The notes under the pieces: model-generated
Databases searched by the model: none
Told to the model about the DNA's origin: nothing
What the model saw: the letters and a program-made list of their open reading frames with translations, nothing else
Position numbers and translations under genes: made by a program
Assembly (NCBI GenBank): GCA_963777155.1
Contig: CAVZPM010000033.1
Location: 1 to 64,000, forward strand
Direction: 5' to 3'
Source of the DNA: Candidatus Bathyarchaeota archaeon
GTDB lineage: Archaea > Thermoproteota > Bathyarchaeia > Bathyarchaeales > Bathycorpusculaceae
DNA length: 64,000 bases
In this document: positions 30,999 through 40,150 of the stretch, in pieces
Numbering within the stretch: position 1 is the first letter of the stretch
Layout of the letters: each line of letters opens with the position of its first letter

Positions 30999-31589
30999 TT
31001 GACCCAAGAAACCGTGTCTAGACAAGAGCTACCGGAAGTCACGACCTCTCAGGATGTTAAGTCTTCAGAAAAGAAAAAATCACTAAGCATCCAAGAGTTA
31101 ATTGAATCTCTTAAGAGCACAGCAGACGATATAGGCCAAATAAGCGAGTTAAGTTCAGAAGAAAGAATATTAGTCTCGCAATTTTTCGTATCATTCCTTA
31201 AACTAATGAAACCTCTAACACCCTCAATCGCAGTTAACCAACTAGCTTTCCCACCTCAACTAAGCGATACAGTTCAAGCCCACGTGGACCCCACAGGACA
31301 TCTAGCATTACTATTCACTGATGGACATCTAGAGCTCAAAGATTTGAGCGAAGAAAAAAACCGAGACTTAATGATGATTGTAATCAGCGATATCCTGCCT
31401 AAATTCAAGAACCTAACAACTTTCCAAAAACGCAAATTAGAAAGCCGAATAAAAATGCTCTCAAGCGTAACAAAAGAAATCCAAACAGCTTTCCAAAAGC
31501 GCAAATTAGAAAGCCGCATAAAAATGCTCTCAAGCGTAACAAAAGAAATCCAGAAAAGCGCCGAAGCCTTGTCTGTATCTACAGTCTAA
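30999..31589 (+). CDS. Hypothetical protein with a 23-aa tandem duplication
   Basis: FQKRKLESRIKMLSSVTKEIQ occurs twice. Confidence 0.7.
   Translation: MTQETVSRQELPEVTTSQDVKSSEKKKSLSIQELIESLKSTADDIGQISELSSEERILVSQFFVSFLKLMKPLTPSIAVNQLAFPPQLSDTVQAHVDPTGHLALLFTDGHLELKDLSEEKNRDLMMIVISDILPKFKNLTTFQKRKLESRIKMLSSVTKEIQTAFQKRKLESRIKMLSSVTKEIQKSAEALSVSTV
31421..31553 (+). repeat. 69-bp in-frame tandem duplication
   Basis: Copies start at 31421 and 31490. Confidence 0.9.
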
Positions 31590-31681
31590 CCACGCGCTTG
31601 CCAGCCTCTCCAACCTTCTCTTCTTCTCAAGAATATCTGTCTGAAAAGAAGGAAGGCAGTTGAATCTGCAAAATGGAACAA

Positions 31682-31865
31682 CTTGTTTTAGGTTTCCTGG
31701 TCTTTGCTTTTGGGTTTTGTTTTGGTTGTTGTTGTAGGGGTTTTGTGTGCAAAAGCCTTTTTTCTGGTTGTTTCTTGAGGTTTGTTTTTGGTTTGGGTTG
31801 TGGATTTGGGTTTGTTTGGTAGAAGTAGTGGTTGTGGAAGCGTTTTTTCAACATGGTTGTGGCAA
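31682..31865. repeat. G/T-rich non-coding repeat, unit C (same orientation as unit A at 11126)
   Basis: 31744-31835 aligns ungapped to 11189-11280 at 74/92 identity (hand count); both units start with CTTGTTTTAGG. Confidence 0.75.
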
Positions 31866-32027
31866 AAAACCTCTTGGTTGTGGCAGTTTTTATGTTGCTT
31901 GTGGGAGTCAGAAACGAGAAGAAATACCCAAATCAGTTTTTCCTTTTTCGATAGCAACAATCTGTAAAATGAAAGACGGGAATACTTAGTCAAGTGTGAA
32001 GCAAAAACAAAGAGATATGGAGAATAG

Positions 32028-32446
32028 TTATAACGCCCGCATTCGGTTGTTTCGCGGGTTATGTTCAACTTCCGCTAGTCCCAAAGCTTCCAAATTGGCG
32101 GTATATAGTTTGCAAATCGTCCCCGCAAGCCTTTTTTGATGCCATACCAACCGCCCACCGGGTTCTTTTGTGACCTACCCCAAGCTTCAACAGTTCCCTC
32201 TTCAGCGGGTTTCTGCTCGTCTGCGCTACCAAGAGGCATCCAGTCTCCTTTTGCCTTCAACATCTTATGCAAATCATCCAAAGCCCGAAGCTGATACTTC
32301 AACTCTGTCTTACCTACCCAAACAACAATAGCTGGTGGATCTGCTGCTTCATCCTTGTAAGCTTTAAATTCAGAAGTTCCAGGAGGAGTTTTCAAAATCC
32401 AAGGATCGTCCTTTGTTCCTTTTTGTTTAATTGTCAAAAAAATCAC
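32028..32446 (-). CDS. Conserved hypothetical protein (DUF6855-like); frameshift near the C-terminus
   Basis: GTKDDPWILKTPPGTSE...NPVGGWYG.KKGLRGRF; the shifted frame continues LEALGLAEVEHNPRNNRMRAL*. Confidence 0.7.
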
Positions 32447-32575
32447 CTAATAATAGGATTCGTTAGAGCGAATTTCAACTTTTCGGTATAACCTTTGGTT
32501 CCCGCACTGGCTCCAATTGCACTAAGTAAAAGGTAACTCAAGAGAAAAAGATACTGCTGTACTAAAAATGTCTAG

Positions 32576-32592
32576 TGGGGGTTTGATCCCCC
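32576..32592. terminator. Hairpin TGGGGG-TTTGAT-CCCCCA after the membrane-protein gene
   Basis: GC-rich inverted repeat just downstream of the minus-strand stop at 32609. Confidence 0.4.
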
Positions 32593-32608
32593 ATTTCTTG
32601 CTTTCTGA

Positions 32609-32962
32609 TTAAGCTTGTATTGGTTTTTTATTGGTTGTCTTTTGGATAGCTTCGGCAACGATGAATAAGCCAACGAGTACGATCACTGTTGGAATAAAGG
32701 GCATTGCAAATCCCACGATTCCAGCACCGCTTAAAGCGAGAGCAAGCATACCTATGAAGAGACTGAATTTGCTTATGGCGATTCTCGCGGTCTTTCTGGC
32801 AAGATTTAGAGCTATCAAAATGACTCCAACACCCAGAGCTACGTAAATTCCAGTGTCCATCTGGTAGTAAGTTGATGTTATCCATCCGGCTCCAAGCAAC
32901 ACAATAAATACGCCCCATGCTATTGCGTCCAAAACTTTGTTTGTAATCGAGTTTTCATTCAT
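32609..32962 (-). CDS. Small four-TM membrane protein
   Basis: GAGGAGGTGA SD; four hydrophobic segments. Confidence 0.75.
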   Translation of the reverse strand: MNENSITNKVLDAIAWGVFIVLLGAGWITSTYYQMDTGIYVALGVGVILIALNLARKTARIAISKFSLFIGMLALALSGAGIVGFAMPFIPTVIVLVGLFIVAEAIQKTTNKKPIQA

Positions 32963-32975
32963 TTTTTTCACCTCC

Positions 32976-33245
32976 TCAATCATTTTCTCTTGCCGTTGGT
33001 AAGCTACACCCACACGAATTTGGAGATCCTTCCTCAACTTCGATTTCTGCTATACCTGATGCAAATCTGTCAATTTGCGTCATTGCAGTTTTTCGGACCA
33101 GCTTTGACACTCCGATTGCTTCCGCGATTTCTTTTTTGTCGGCTCCAGCATCCAGAGCTTTTTTGATTGTGTTTCTCAGGCAGGGTTGGCAGTTTGCGTT
33201 AAAGGCTGCTCCAACCGCTATTAGCAACTTTGTTTTAGTTTCCAT
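32976..33245 (-). CDS. Carboxymuconolactone decarboxylase/AhpD-like protein
   Basis: KLLIAVGAA..ANCQPC...ALDAGA.KKEIAEAI; C-terminal CGC. Confidence 0.8.
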   Translation of the reverse strand: METKTKLLIAVGAAFNANCQPCLRNTIKKALDAGADKKEIAEAIGVSKLVRKTAMTQIDRFASGIAEIEVEEGSPNSCGCSLPTAREND

Positions 33246-33266
33246 GTCAGACCTTCCATCTTATTC

Positions 33267-33337
33267 TTCTACTTCCTTAGTGGGAGTAGAAAAATATATA
33301 AGATTTTTCTGACATCTACTTCTCAGAAGGCAGGAGA
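33267..33337. promoter_or_regulatory. Two TCTACT-N11-AG(T/G)AGA operator-like palindromes flanking a TATA box between divergent genes
   Basis: TTCTACT 33267-73 with AGTAGAA 33285-91; TCTACT 33315-20 with AGGAGA 33332-37; AATATATAA lies between them. Confidence 0.55.
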
Positions 33338-33346
33338 ACACAATTC

Positions 33347-34104
33347 ATGAAAGATGAAGCAGTTGCCCGAGACCGAATAGTCTTAAGCCTAAAGAATCTA
33401 GCCTTATCGACCTATGAAGCCGAAGTCTATGCAACACTACTGGCTCATCCAACCATGACTGCAAGTGCACTATGCAAAGAAACAGGAATTTCCGACACCA
33501 AGATTTACTATGCACTTGATGGACTCTCAGAAAAGGGAATGTTGATTGTTCGCAATGCCAACCCAAAAGTCTACAAGCCAGTCCCACCCAAGGAAGCAAT
33601 TGCAAACCTAAAGCAGCGATTAACTGAAAAGCTAACTGAAGAACTAAAAGAAGCAGACGTTCTAGTCGATATGCTCTCACCAATCTATGAAAGCGCAGAA
33701 AAACCGGAAGAGTTGGAAGTAGGTTACATCATAAGTGGACAAAATAACATCACAAACAGAATGAAAAACGTTAATTGGAAATGCTCAGAAAAGAAATAAC
33801 ACTTTTCGTCGCGTATCCTGAACTCTTCAAAGAACTAAGTCCATCACTTCGCGAAGCCAAAGAGAAACGCAGAATTAAACTGAACATCGCAATGACCGAA
33901 GAAATGCTAAAAACAGAAAATATCAAAGACCTTGGTGACACTCGCCAACTTTGTTGTCCAGTAACTTTGCTAATATCTGATTTGAAAACTCTCGTAACGG
34001 TGTCTGATTGGACCTTTTCTGAGACTGCTATGCTCTCACAAGACCAAAACCTAATTCGAGTAGCAAGAGACTATTATGAAAACTCGATGTGCTATTCACC
34101 ATAG
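33347..34104 (+). CDS. TrmB-family transcriptional regulator; one frameshift at ~33780
   Basis: LSTYEAEVY..SDTKIYYALDGL.EKG..PKVYKPVPP; ORFs 33347-33799 and 33775-34104 join. Confidence 0.85.
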
Positions 34105-34199
34105 ATTTCCAGATTGAAATGCTACCTCATAGTCTTTGTAACTTCGTTTAAAAATGTGCATTAATTTAATATACTTAGAATGCCCACTGAGAAAAGTGT

Positions 34200-34640
34200 A
34201 TGTTGTCAAATCAGGAGCTTGTTCAAAAAGCAGTCACGTACTTTCAAAGCGGCTACAACTGCACCCAAAGCGTTCTCTTAACGTTATGCGGGAACATGTC
34301 GCCAGAAGTGAAGAGTGAGCTGATTCCAAAAATAGGGAGCGGTTTTGGCGGTGGCATAGGATTATGCGGATGTGTCTGTGGATCTTTAACTGGCAGCATT
34401 ATGGCCATTGGAATCAAATACGGTTCAAACGACCCAGGCGAAGAAAAAAACCTAATAGCTTATGCTAAGGCGAATGCACTTTATCGTCAGTTTGAGAAGA
34501 AGCATGGCACGGTTCTATGCCGAGAGCTAATTAAATACGACCTAACCGACCCTGAGCAAATCTCCAAGGCAAGGCAAGAAGGCATTTTTGAAAAGGTATG
34601 TGTCAATTTTGCCAAAAGTGCCGTCGAAGACTTACCTTGA
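34200..34640 (+). CDS. C_GCAxxG_C_C family redox protein
   Basis: GYNCTQSV, GFGGGIG..CGSLTG, CREL and C-terminal Cys. Confidence 0.85.
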   Translation: MLSNQELVQKAVTYFQSGYNCTQSVLLTLCGNMSPEVKSELIPKIGSGFGGGIGLCGCVCGSLTGSIMAIGIKYGSNDPGEEKNLIAYAKANALYRQFEKKHGTVLCRELIKYDLTDPEQISKARQEGIFEKVCVNFAKSAVEDLP

Positions 34641-34789
34641 AATGGAAAACAAATAGTTCTAAGCATTCTAAACCAACTTCATGTGTCTGATGTGGGAATA
34701 CGACTCATTTGGGAAAAGCCAAGGTTGCATCCATAACAAATTTTATATATTTATATAGATAAATCTATCTAACTGAGTCAAACAGGTGC

Positions 34790-35389
34790 TTGTTTATGGC
34801 TTTAGATTGGAAAAAATGGACAAAAAACGACATTATCTTTGGAATTATCCTTCCCGTAATCGCAGTTTTCGTAATCGTGTTGGTTTCAAAACTCCAATCA
34901 TTAATCGGGGGAGAGCCCGGAATTGTTCTTGGACTCACGATGGAAATACTTGAACTTGTCGTTATAGTCGGTGTTCCCTTAGCTTTGGGTTTACTATGGA
35001 ATCAATGGGCAGGCGGAGCCTCAGGATTCTTGATGGGCACATTTTATGCCTTATACTGGGCAAATAGTTTCCATGGAATCTCAGGTTCAGGAACGGTCTT
35101 GTTAGCATATGTTCTCAGCCCAATGTTAATAGGGTATATGGCAGGAGCTTTAAACAAGCGGTCAGATAACTTCAAAAGAATTCTAATTTCGGGGATAGTT
35201 GCTTCTACAATTGGAGGGATTGTGCTTTTTACAATATTCCAAATGTCCCCAGCAAACGTAGTCACTGGCATAGTTGGATTTGCACTAACAGTCTTAGCAC
35301 GTATACTAGCCGCGGTACTAACCGCAATTGTAGTAAAAGTTTTCTTCTGGTACGGAATGGGCACCCAAAAACACACAAATATTTCCTAG
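34790..35389 (+). CDS. Multi-pass membrane protein (about 6 TM; possibly ECF S-component-like)
   Basis: Hydrophobic profile; LGLLWNQWAGGASGFLMG. Confidence 0.65.
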   Translation: MFMALDWKKWTKNDIIFGIILPVIAVFVIVLVSKLQSLIGGEPGIVLGLTMEILELVVIVGVPLALGLLWNQWAGGASGFLMGTFYALYWANSFHGISGSGTVLLAYVLSPMLIGYMAGALNKRSDNFKRILISGIVASTIGGIVLFTIFQMSPANVVTGIVGFALTVLARILAAVLTAIVVKVFFWYGMGTQKHTNIS

Positions 35390-35577
35390 CCTCTCTTTAT
35401 TTTGGGGAATTCTTGATCCAAATTTCTTGTGATAAAAAAAATTGTATTAACAACAAAGAGAGCCACTGTTCTCTAAGTAACCCAGAAAAGGTTGCCGACG
35501 GCTGCCTTGATTTTGAAGACGCAATGGATTTTCTCAGACTAAAAGCTGATGCGATAAGAGGAACCCTCAGCTAATAC

Positions 35578-35916
35578 TTAAGTCGTCCAAAAAGAAAACA
35601 CTTGAACGTTATCCTTTTCAAACTGTTTCTTTAAAATAGCTTTGACTTCATCCTCATCCAGGTTTAGGATTCCCTTTTTATCTGCATGCAAGGGTATTCT
35701 TGTTTCTTTTAGTGCTCCATCTTTTGGAAAATCAAAGAACATGTAATATCGCCTGTCATGCAGCATTATGATTCTTAGAGACGAAAGTTCCCGGTTAGGT
35801 GAGAGACCGTTTTGCTCAAGAATAAAAGTTATTGATTGAGGCTTTTTTTCGCTAACTAAACGCTTGAATTCTTCCCAATCCCTAATTCTAACGTGACCAT
35901 CACTCATTTTCTTCAA
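35578..35916 (-). CDS. Hypothetical protein
   Basis: 112-aa ORF overlapping the arsC stop. Confidence 0.65.
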   Translation of the reverse strand: MKKMSDGHVRIRDWEEFKRLVSEKKPQSITFILEQNGLSPNRELSSLRIIMLHDRRYYMFFDFPKDGALKETRIPLHADKKGILNLDEDEVKAILKKQFEKDNVQVFSFWTT

Positions 35917-36297
35917 TTAACCTTTGGACTTTGCCTTCTATTTCATCTCTTATTTCTCGAACTTTTTCGATCGGTTTTCCTTTTGGATCCTCAAGTTTCC
36001 AATCGATTGTTGGTTTAAAGAATGGTCCTGGACAAATGCCTTGGTCATTGCAGCCCATGGTGACAATTAGATCTGATTCGTTAGCCATTTGAAAAGTAAT
36101 TAATTTTGGCTTTTGTTTGGGAGATATCGATGCCTTTCTCTTTCATTACTTCCACTACAGTGGAGTTAACTTTGTCGGCTGGTTTGTTTCCTGCACTAGA
36201 TGCTGTGAATATTGTTTTGTCCGTATTTTTTTGCAAATGCTTCTGCCATTTGACTTCTGCCAGCATTTTCGACACACACAAAGAGGACTTTTTTCAT
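35900..36297 (-). CDS. arsC: Arsenate reductase / LMW phosphatase family; frameshifted
   Basis: Manual translation MKKVLFVCVENAGRSQMAEAFA (C-x5-R P-loop), then SAG..PA, TMGC...CP and W.LEDPKG..IRDEI. Confidence 0.88.
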
Positions 36298-36301
36298 ACA
36301 A

Positions 36302-36607
36302 TCAAGTCTTAACTCGTTTTACTGGATATGTCTTTCTTAGATTTCTGATTATTTCTTGAGTCTGTTTCTTGGAAGGGTGTGTTATTGCGCCTGCGGGACA
36401 GATTGAATCGCAACCCGAGCACGAGACTACGCAGTTATTTGGGTTACTTACGACTGGTTTTTTCTTTCCATTATCGTCCTTTAACTCGTAGGTGCCAAAT
36501 GTGCAATATTCGACGCATTTGCCGCAGCTTACGCACTTTGTATAGTCAATAGTGGGATACCAAGGTATTTTGTCTCTTGGAATACCGTGCCAAGTCTGTT
36601 CCGTCAT
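36302..36607 (-). CDS. 2[4Fe-4S] ferredoxin-family protein
   Basis: CVSCGKCVEYC and CVVSCSGCDSICP. Confidence 0.88.
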   Translation of the reverse strand: MTEQTWHGIPRDKIPWYPTIDYTKCVSCGKCVEYCTFGTYELKDDNGKKKPVVSNPNNCVVSCSGCDSICPAGAITHPSKKQTQEIIRNLRKTYPVKRVKT

Positions 36608-36666
36608 TAATGACTTCCTTGTTTCGTTATTGTCTATAGCAACTTTTAAATATTGTTATTGATCTA

Positions 36667-37005
36667 ATGAAATCTATGTCTGACAAGATTGGAGACAACA
36701 TACGGTTCAAGTCAACTGTCTTCTATGCACTTTCCGATCCAATTCGATTAGAAATAGTCACTTATTTGCGAAATGGGGAAAAATGCGTTTGCGAGATAGT
36801 TCCTCACCTTAACCTTATTCAACCGCTAGTTTCTCGCCATCTAAAAATCTTAAAAGATGCTGGGATAGTAAGATGCCGAAAAGACGGAACCAAACGCATG
36901 TATTCAATCGTTGACAAAGAAATCTACAAAGTAATCGACGCCTTGACCTCAGAGCTGCTTAACACTCTCTCCAAAGAAGCTTTCGAAAACGTTACCTGCC
37001 GCTAG
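36667..37005 (+). CDS. arsR: ArsR/SmtB family regulator
   Basis: ALSDPIRL..EKCVCEI..QPLVSRHLKILKDAG. Confidence 0.9.
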   Translation: MKSMSDKIGDNIRFKSTVFYALSDPIRLEIVTYLRNGEKCVCEIVPHLNLIQPLVSRHLKILKDAGIVRCRKDGTKRMYSIVDKEIYKVIDALTSELLNTLSKEAFENVTCR

Positions 37006-37012
37006 TGTCAGA

Positions 37013-38050
37013 ATGACTTGTGAAGAGCAACCAAAAACTCTAGGCTGGGTTAGCAAACTCCTCGCGCTCTGGATCGCCATAGCGATAGTAATCGGTCTTG
37101 CTCTTGGAAAATTTTTCCCAGAATTTAGCGCAACCTTACAAATTGGCATTCCCATCGGCCTTTTCTTCATGATTTACCCCGCTATGACTAAGATTGAAAT
37201 CAGCGAGCTCAAAAAAACAGTAAAAAGCCCAAAACAAACCTCAATCATAGTCTTCTTCAACTACCTTATCAACCCATTCCTTTTGTTTGCTTTAGGCTAT
37301 GTTTTCTTTGAATTACTCTTTCCAGCACTTGGATTAATTGATCTTCAGACTGCACGGTACTTGTGGACAGGATTAATTCTCTTAGGGGTTGCACCATGCA
37401 TTGCAATGGTTCTGGTTTGGACTGATCTCTGCAAAGGCAACGGTCCTCTGGGCATTGTGCTTATGGCATGGAACTCAATAATTCAAATAATAACAACCCC
37501 CCTATTCATTGCCCTATTGATTGGTACATATGTCAGTATCGACATAGTGGCAATCGGAGAAAGCATACTGCTCTATCTCGGCTTGCCCTTGCTCTTTGGA
37601 GCTATCACACGAAGACAAGTTATCAAGCACAAATCAAATGAATGGTTTAACAAAAAATTGATCCCTTATTTTGATACGTTACAACTTTTGGCTTTACTTG
37701 CGACCATGGTTGTTATGTTCGCTCTAAGAGGCGGAGTTATACTTGACAATCCGTCAATAGTATGGCAAATGGCTATTCCTGTGATTCTTTTCTTCTTCTT
37801 ACTCTTTAACCTCGTTTACTTCACCACCAGACGATTAGGTTTTAACTATCAAGATTCGTCAACCATGGCATTCCATTGTACCGGCAGAAACTTTGAACTT
37901 GCGATAGCAATTGCGCTAACAGCGTTTGCAACTATGCCGATGGTTGCAGTTTCAACGGTTGTTGGACCTTTGATCGAGATTCCGGTAATGCTGACTTTGG
38001 TTTCGATAGCATTGAGACGTAGGAAGAAAATATCAAGAACCAATGTTTAG
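37013..38050 (+). CDS. acr3: Arsenite efflux transporter, Acr3 family
   Basis: APCIAMVLVW, GRNFELAIAIA, VVGPLIEIPV. Confidence 0.92.
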   Translation: MTCEEQPKTLGWVSKLLALWIAIAIVIGLALGKFFPEFSATLQIGIPIGLFFMIYPAMTKIEISELKKTVKSPKQTSIIVFFNYLINPFLLFALGYVFFELLFPALGLIDLQTARYLWTGLILLGVAPCIAMVLVWTDLCKGNGPLGIVLMAWNSIIQIITTPLFIALLIGTYVSIDIVAIGESILLYLGLPLLFGAITRRQVIKHKSNEWFNKKLIPYFDTLQLLALLATMVVMFALRGGVILDNPSIVWQMAIPVILFFFLLFNLVYFTTRRLGFNYQDSSTMAFHCTGRNFELAIAIALTAFATMPMVAVSTVVGPLIEIPVMLTLVSIALRRRKKISRTNV

Positions 38051-38116
38051 AAACTATTCCTACTTTTCGTATTTTTAGGAAATGTTTAATTAGTTAGAAA
38101 TACATTAGTCATTGCT

Positions 38117-38377
38117 GTGATTAGCATGACAAGCTGTGAAAGTGACACCTGCAGAATTGATGCAGTAATTACCATGGATGTTAAAGGCCAAATTGTGCTC
38201 CCAAAAGATCTGAGAGAAAAAGCAAACATGAAGCCAAACGACAAAATAGCAGTCGTCGCTTGTGAGAAAGACGGCGAAGTTTGCTGCATTATGATGGTTA
38301 AAGCTGAGAAGTTAGTGGGTGCAGTCACTAAAACGCTTGGTCCATTAATCAAAGGATTGACTAACAAGGAGAGTTAA
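38117..38377 (+). CDS. AbrB-fold protein resembling the HgcAB-associated protein HgcC
   Basis: C.IDAVITMDVKGQIVLPKDLREKA...DK.AV...EKDGEVCC. Confidence 0.7.
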   Translation: MISMTSCESDTCRIDAVITMDVKGQIVLPKDLREKANMKPNDKIAVVACEKDGEVCCIMMVKAEKLVGAVTKTLGPLIKGLTNKES

Positions 38378-38380
38378 TTT

Positions 38381-39208
38381 ATGAAAGAAGAAAATGTAAA
38401 GAAAGAAGTAAGAAAACGCTACGCAAAAGTAGCTAAAACCAACGGTTCTTGCTGCGCTTCAAGCGTTAGCTGCTGCTCAGCCCCAACCAACGAACAAGTA
38501 AGCAAAATGATAGGTTATAGCGAAGAAGAGATGAATGCTGTTCCAGAAGGCGCCAACCTCGGATTAGGCTGCGGCAACCCCACAGCTTTGGCATCTTTGA
38601 AAGAAGGCGAAAGAGTTCTTGATTTAGGTTCAGGCGCAGGCTTCGACTGCTTTTTGGCCGCCAAGAAAGTTGGCAAGCTGGGAAAAATAATCGGCGTAGA
38701 TATGACTCCTGAAATGTTAGACAAAGCAAGAGCAAACGCCAAAAAAGGAAAATACACAAACGTTGAGTTCAGACTCGGAGAAATTGAGAACCTGCCAGTG
38801 GCAGACAATTCAGTTGATGTTATAATCTCAAACTGTGTAATCAATCTCGCCCCAAACAAGCAGCGGGTTTTCGAGGAAGCGTTCAGAGTTCTTGCACCAA
38901 ATGGCCGTTTGATGGTCTCAGACATAGTCCTCTTGAAAGAGTTACCTAAATCCGTTAAAGAAAATGTTGAAGCATACGCTGGATGCATCGCCGGAGCAGA
39001 GCTCAAAGACAAATACCTTGAACAAATAAGAAAAGCTGGATTCCAAGAAGTAAAAGTCATACACGAAAAAACCTACCCGCTGGAATACATCATAAGCGAA
39101 TCCACATTAAAAGAAGCAATCAAAATGGCAAACATGACAGAGGAAGAGGTAAAAGAAACCGCCAACATTGTGGTAAGCGTTAAAGTATCTGCAGTGAAAA
39201 CAAAATAG
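38381..39208 (+). CDS. arsM: Arsenite S-adenosylmethionine methyltransferase
   Basis: N-terminal CC pairs, [32 protein letters not shown]. Confidence 0.93.
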   Translation: MKEENVKKEVRKRYAKVAKTNGSCCASSVSCCSAPTNEQVSKMIGYSEEEMNAVPEGANLGLGCGNPTALASLKEGERVLDLGSGAGFDCFLAAKKVGKLGKIIGVDMTPEMLDKARANAKKGKYTNVEFRLGEIENLPVADNSVDVIISNCVINLAPNKQRVFEEAFRVLAPNGRLMVSDIVLLKELPKSVKENVEAYAGCIAGAELKDKYLEQIRKAGFQEVKVIHEKTYPLEYIISESTLKEAIKMANMTEEEVKETANIVVSVKVSAVKTK

Positions 39209-39239
39209 ATCTGCAAGCTAAAATTTGAAGGGTTTGTTT

Positions 39240-39809
39240 ATGAAAAAATCTTTGGGCGCCAACACTATCGTTCCCACAACACCTGTCTGGGTTGTTGGAA
39301 CTTACGATAAAGAAGGAAAACCAAATGTAATGACTGCCGCTTGGGGAGGAATTTGCTGTTCCAAACCACCATGCATCTATGTGTCTCTCAGAAAAGCAAC
39401 CTACACCTATCATAACATTAAGGAACGGAAAGCGTTTACCGTCAGTATTCCATCTGAAGCATTCACCAAAGAAGCAGATTATTTTGGCATAACTTCTGGA
39501 AAAACGGTTGACAAATTCTCCGCAACAGGGCTTACCTCTGTGAAAAGTGAGCTTGTGGATGCACCCTACGTAAAGGAATTTCCTCTGGTTATAGAGTGCA
39601 AAGTTATCCAAATTGTTGAAATTGGTCTACATACAGAATTCATAGGTGAAATCGTGGATGTCAAAGCAGATTCTTCGGTGCTTAACGAAAAGAACCTCCC
39701 AGACATTGAAAAAATAAAACCGATCATCTGGAACCCAGCAGGAATGTCATATCATTCAGTTGGCAAACCTATAGGACAAGCCTTCTCCATTGGAAAAGAG
39801 ATACGATAA
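39240..39809 (+). CDS. Flavin reductase-like protein (flavoredoxin)
   Basis: [31 protein letters not shown]...[10 protein letters not shown]. Confidence 0.88.
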   Translation: MKKSLGANTIVPTTPVWVVGTYDKEGKPNVMTAAWGGICCSKPPCIYVSLRKATYTYHNIKERKAFTVSIPSEAFTKEADYFGITSGKTVDKFSATGLTSVKSELVDAPYVKEFPLVIECKVIQIVEIGLHTEFIGEIVDVKADSSVLNEKNLPDIEKIKPIIWNPAGMSYHSVGKPIGQAFSIGKEIR

Positions 39810-40150
39810 GCACGGCATTGAAAAGAATATGTTCGTATCCTCTTTTAGGCGTCTGTACTCACTTAACTAAAATAAACAAATTATGTTAAGTTGAATTTGC
39901 TAAGTCTGGGGTAAAGTTGACAAATAACATTAATGGATATTCTCAAAAAGCTTTAACAAAGATCAATTCATCTGTTTTTTAAAATTCGGGAAGGAGAAAA
40001 AAAGAGAGGTAGAACGCTGAGAGGCATCGGTTTAGACCAACAACTTGTTTCTTGGTCTTAGTTTGCCTCTATTGAGTCTACAGCTTTCACTCAATTTCCA
40101 CTCCCTAATGGGTCAAAACAATAAAATCAACAAGAAACATGGAATAAAAA

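Noticed and set aside
36302-36607. hgcB / mercury methylation
   Set aside because: No C-terminal CC and no hgcA in the window.
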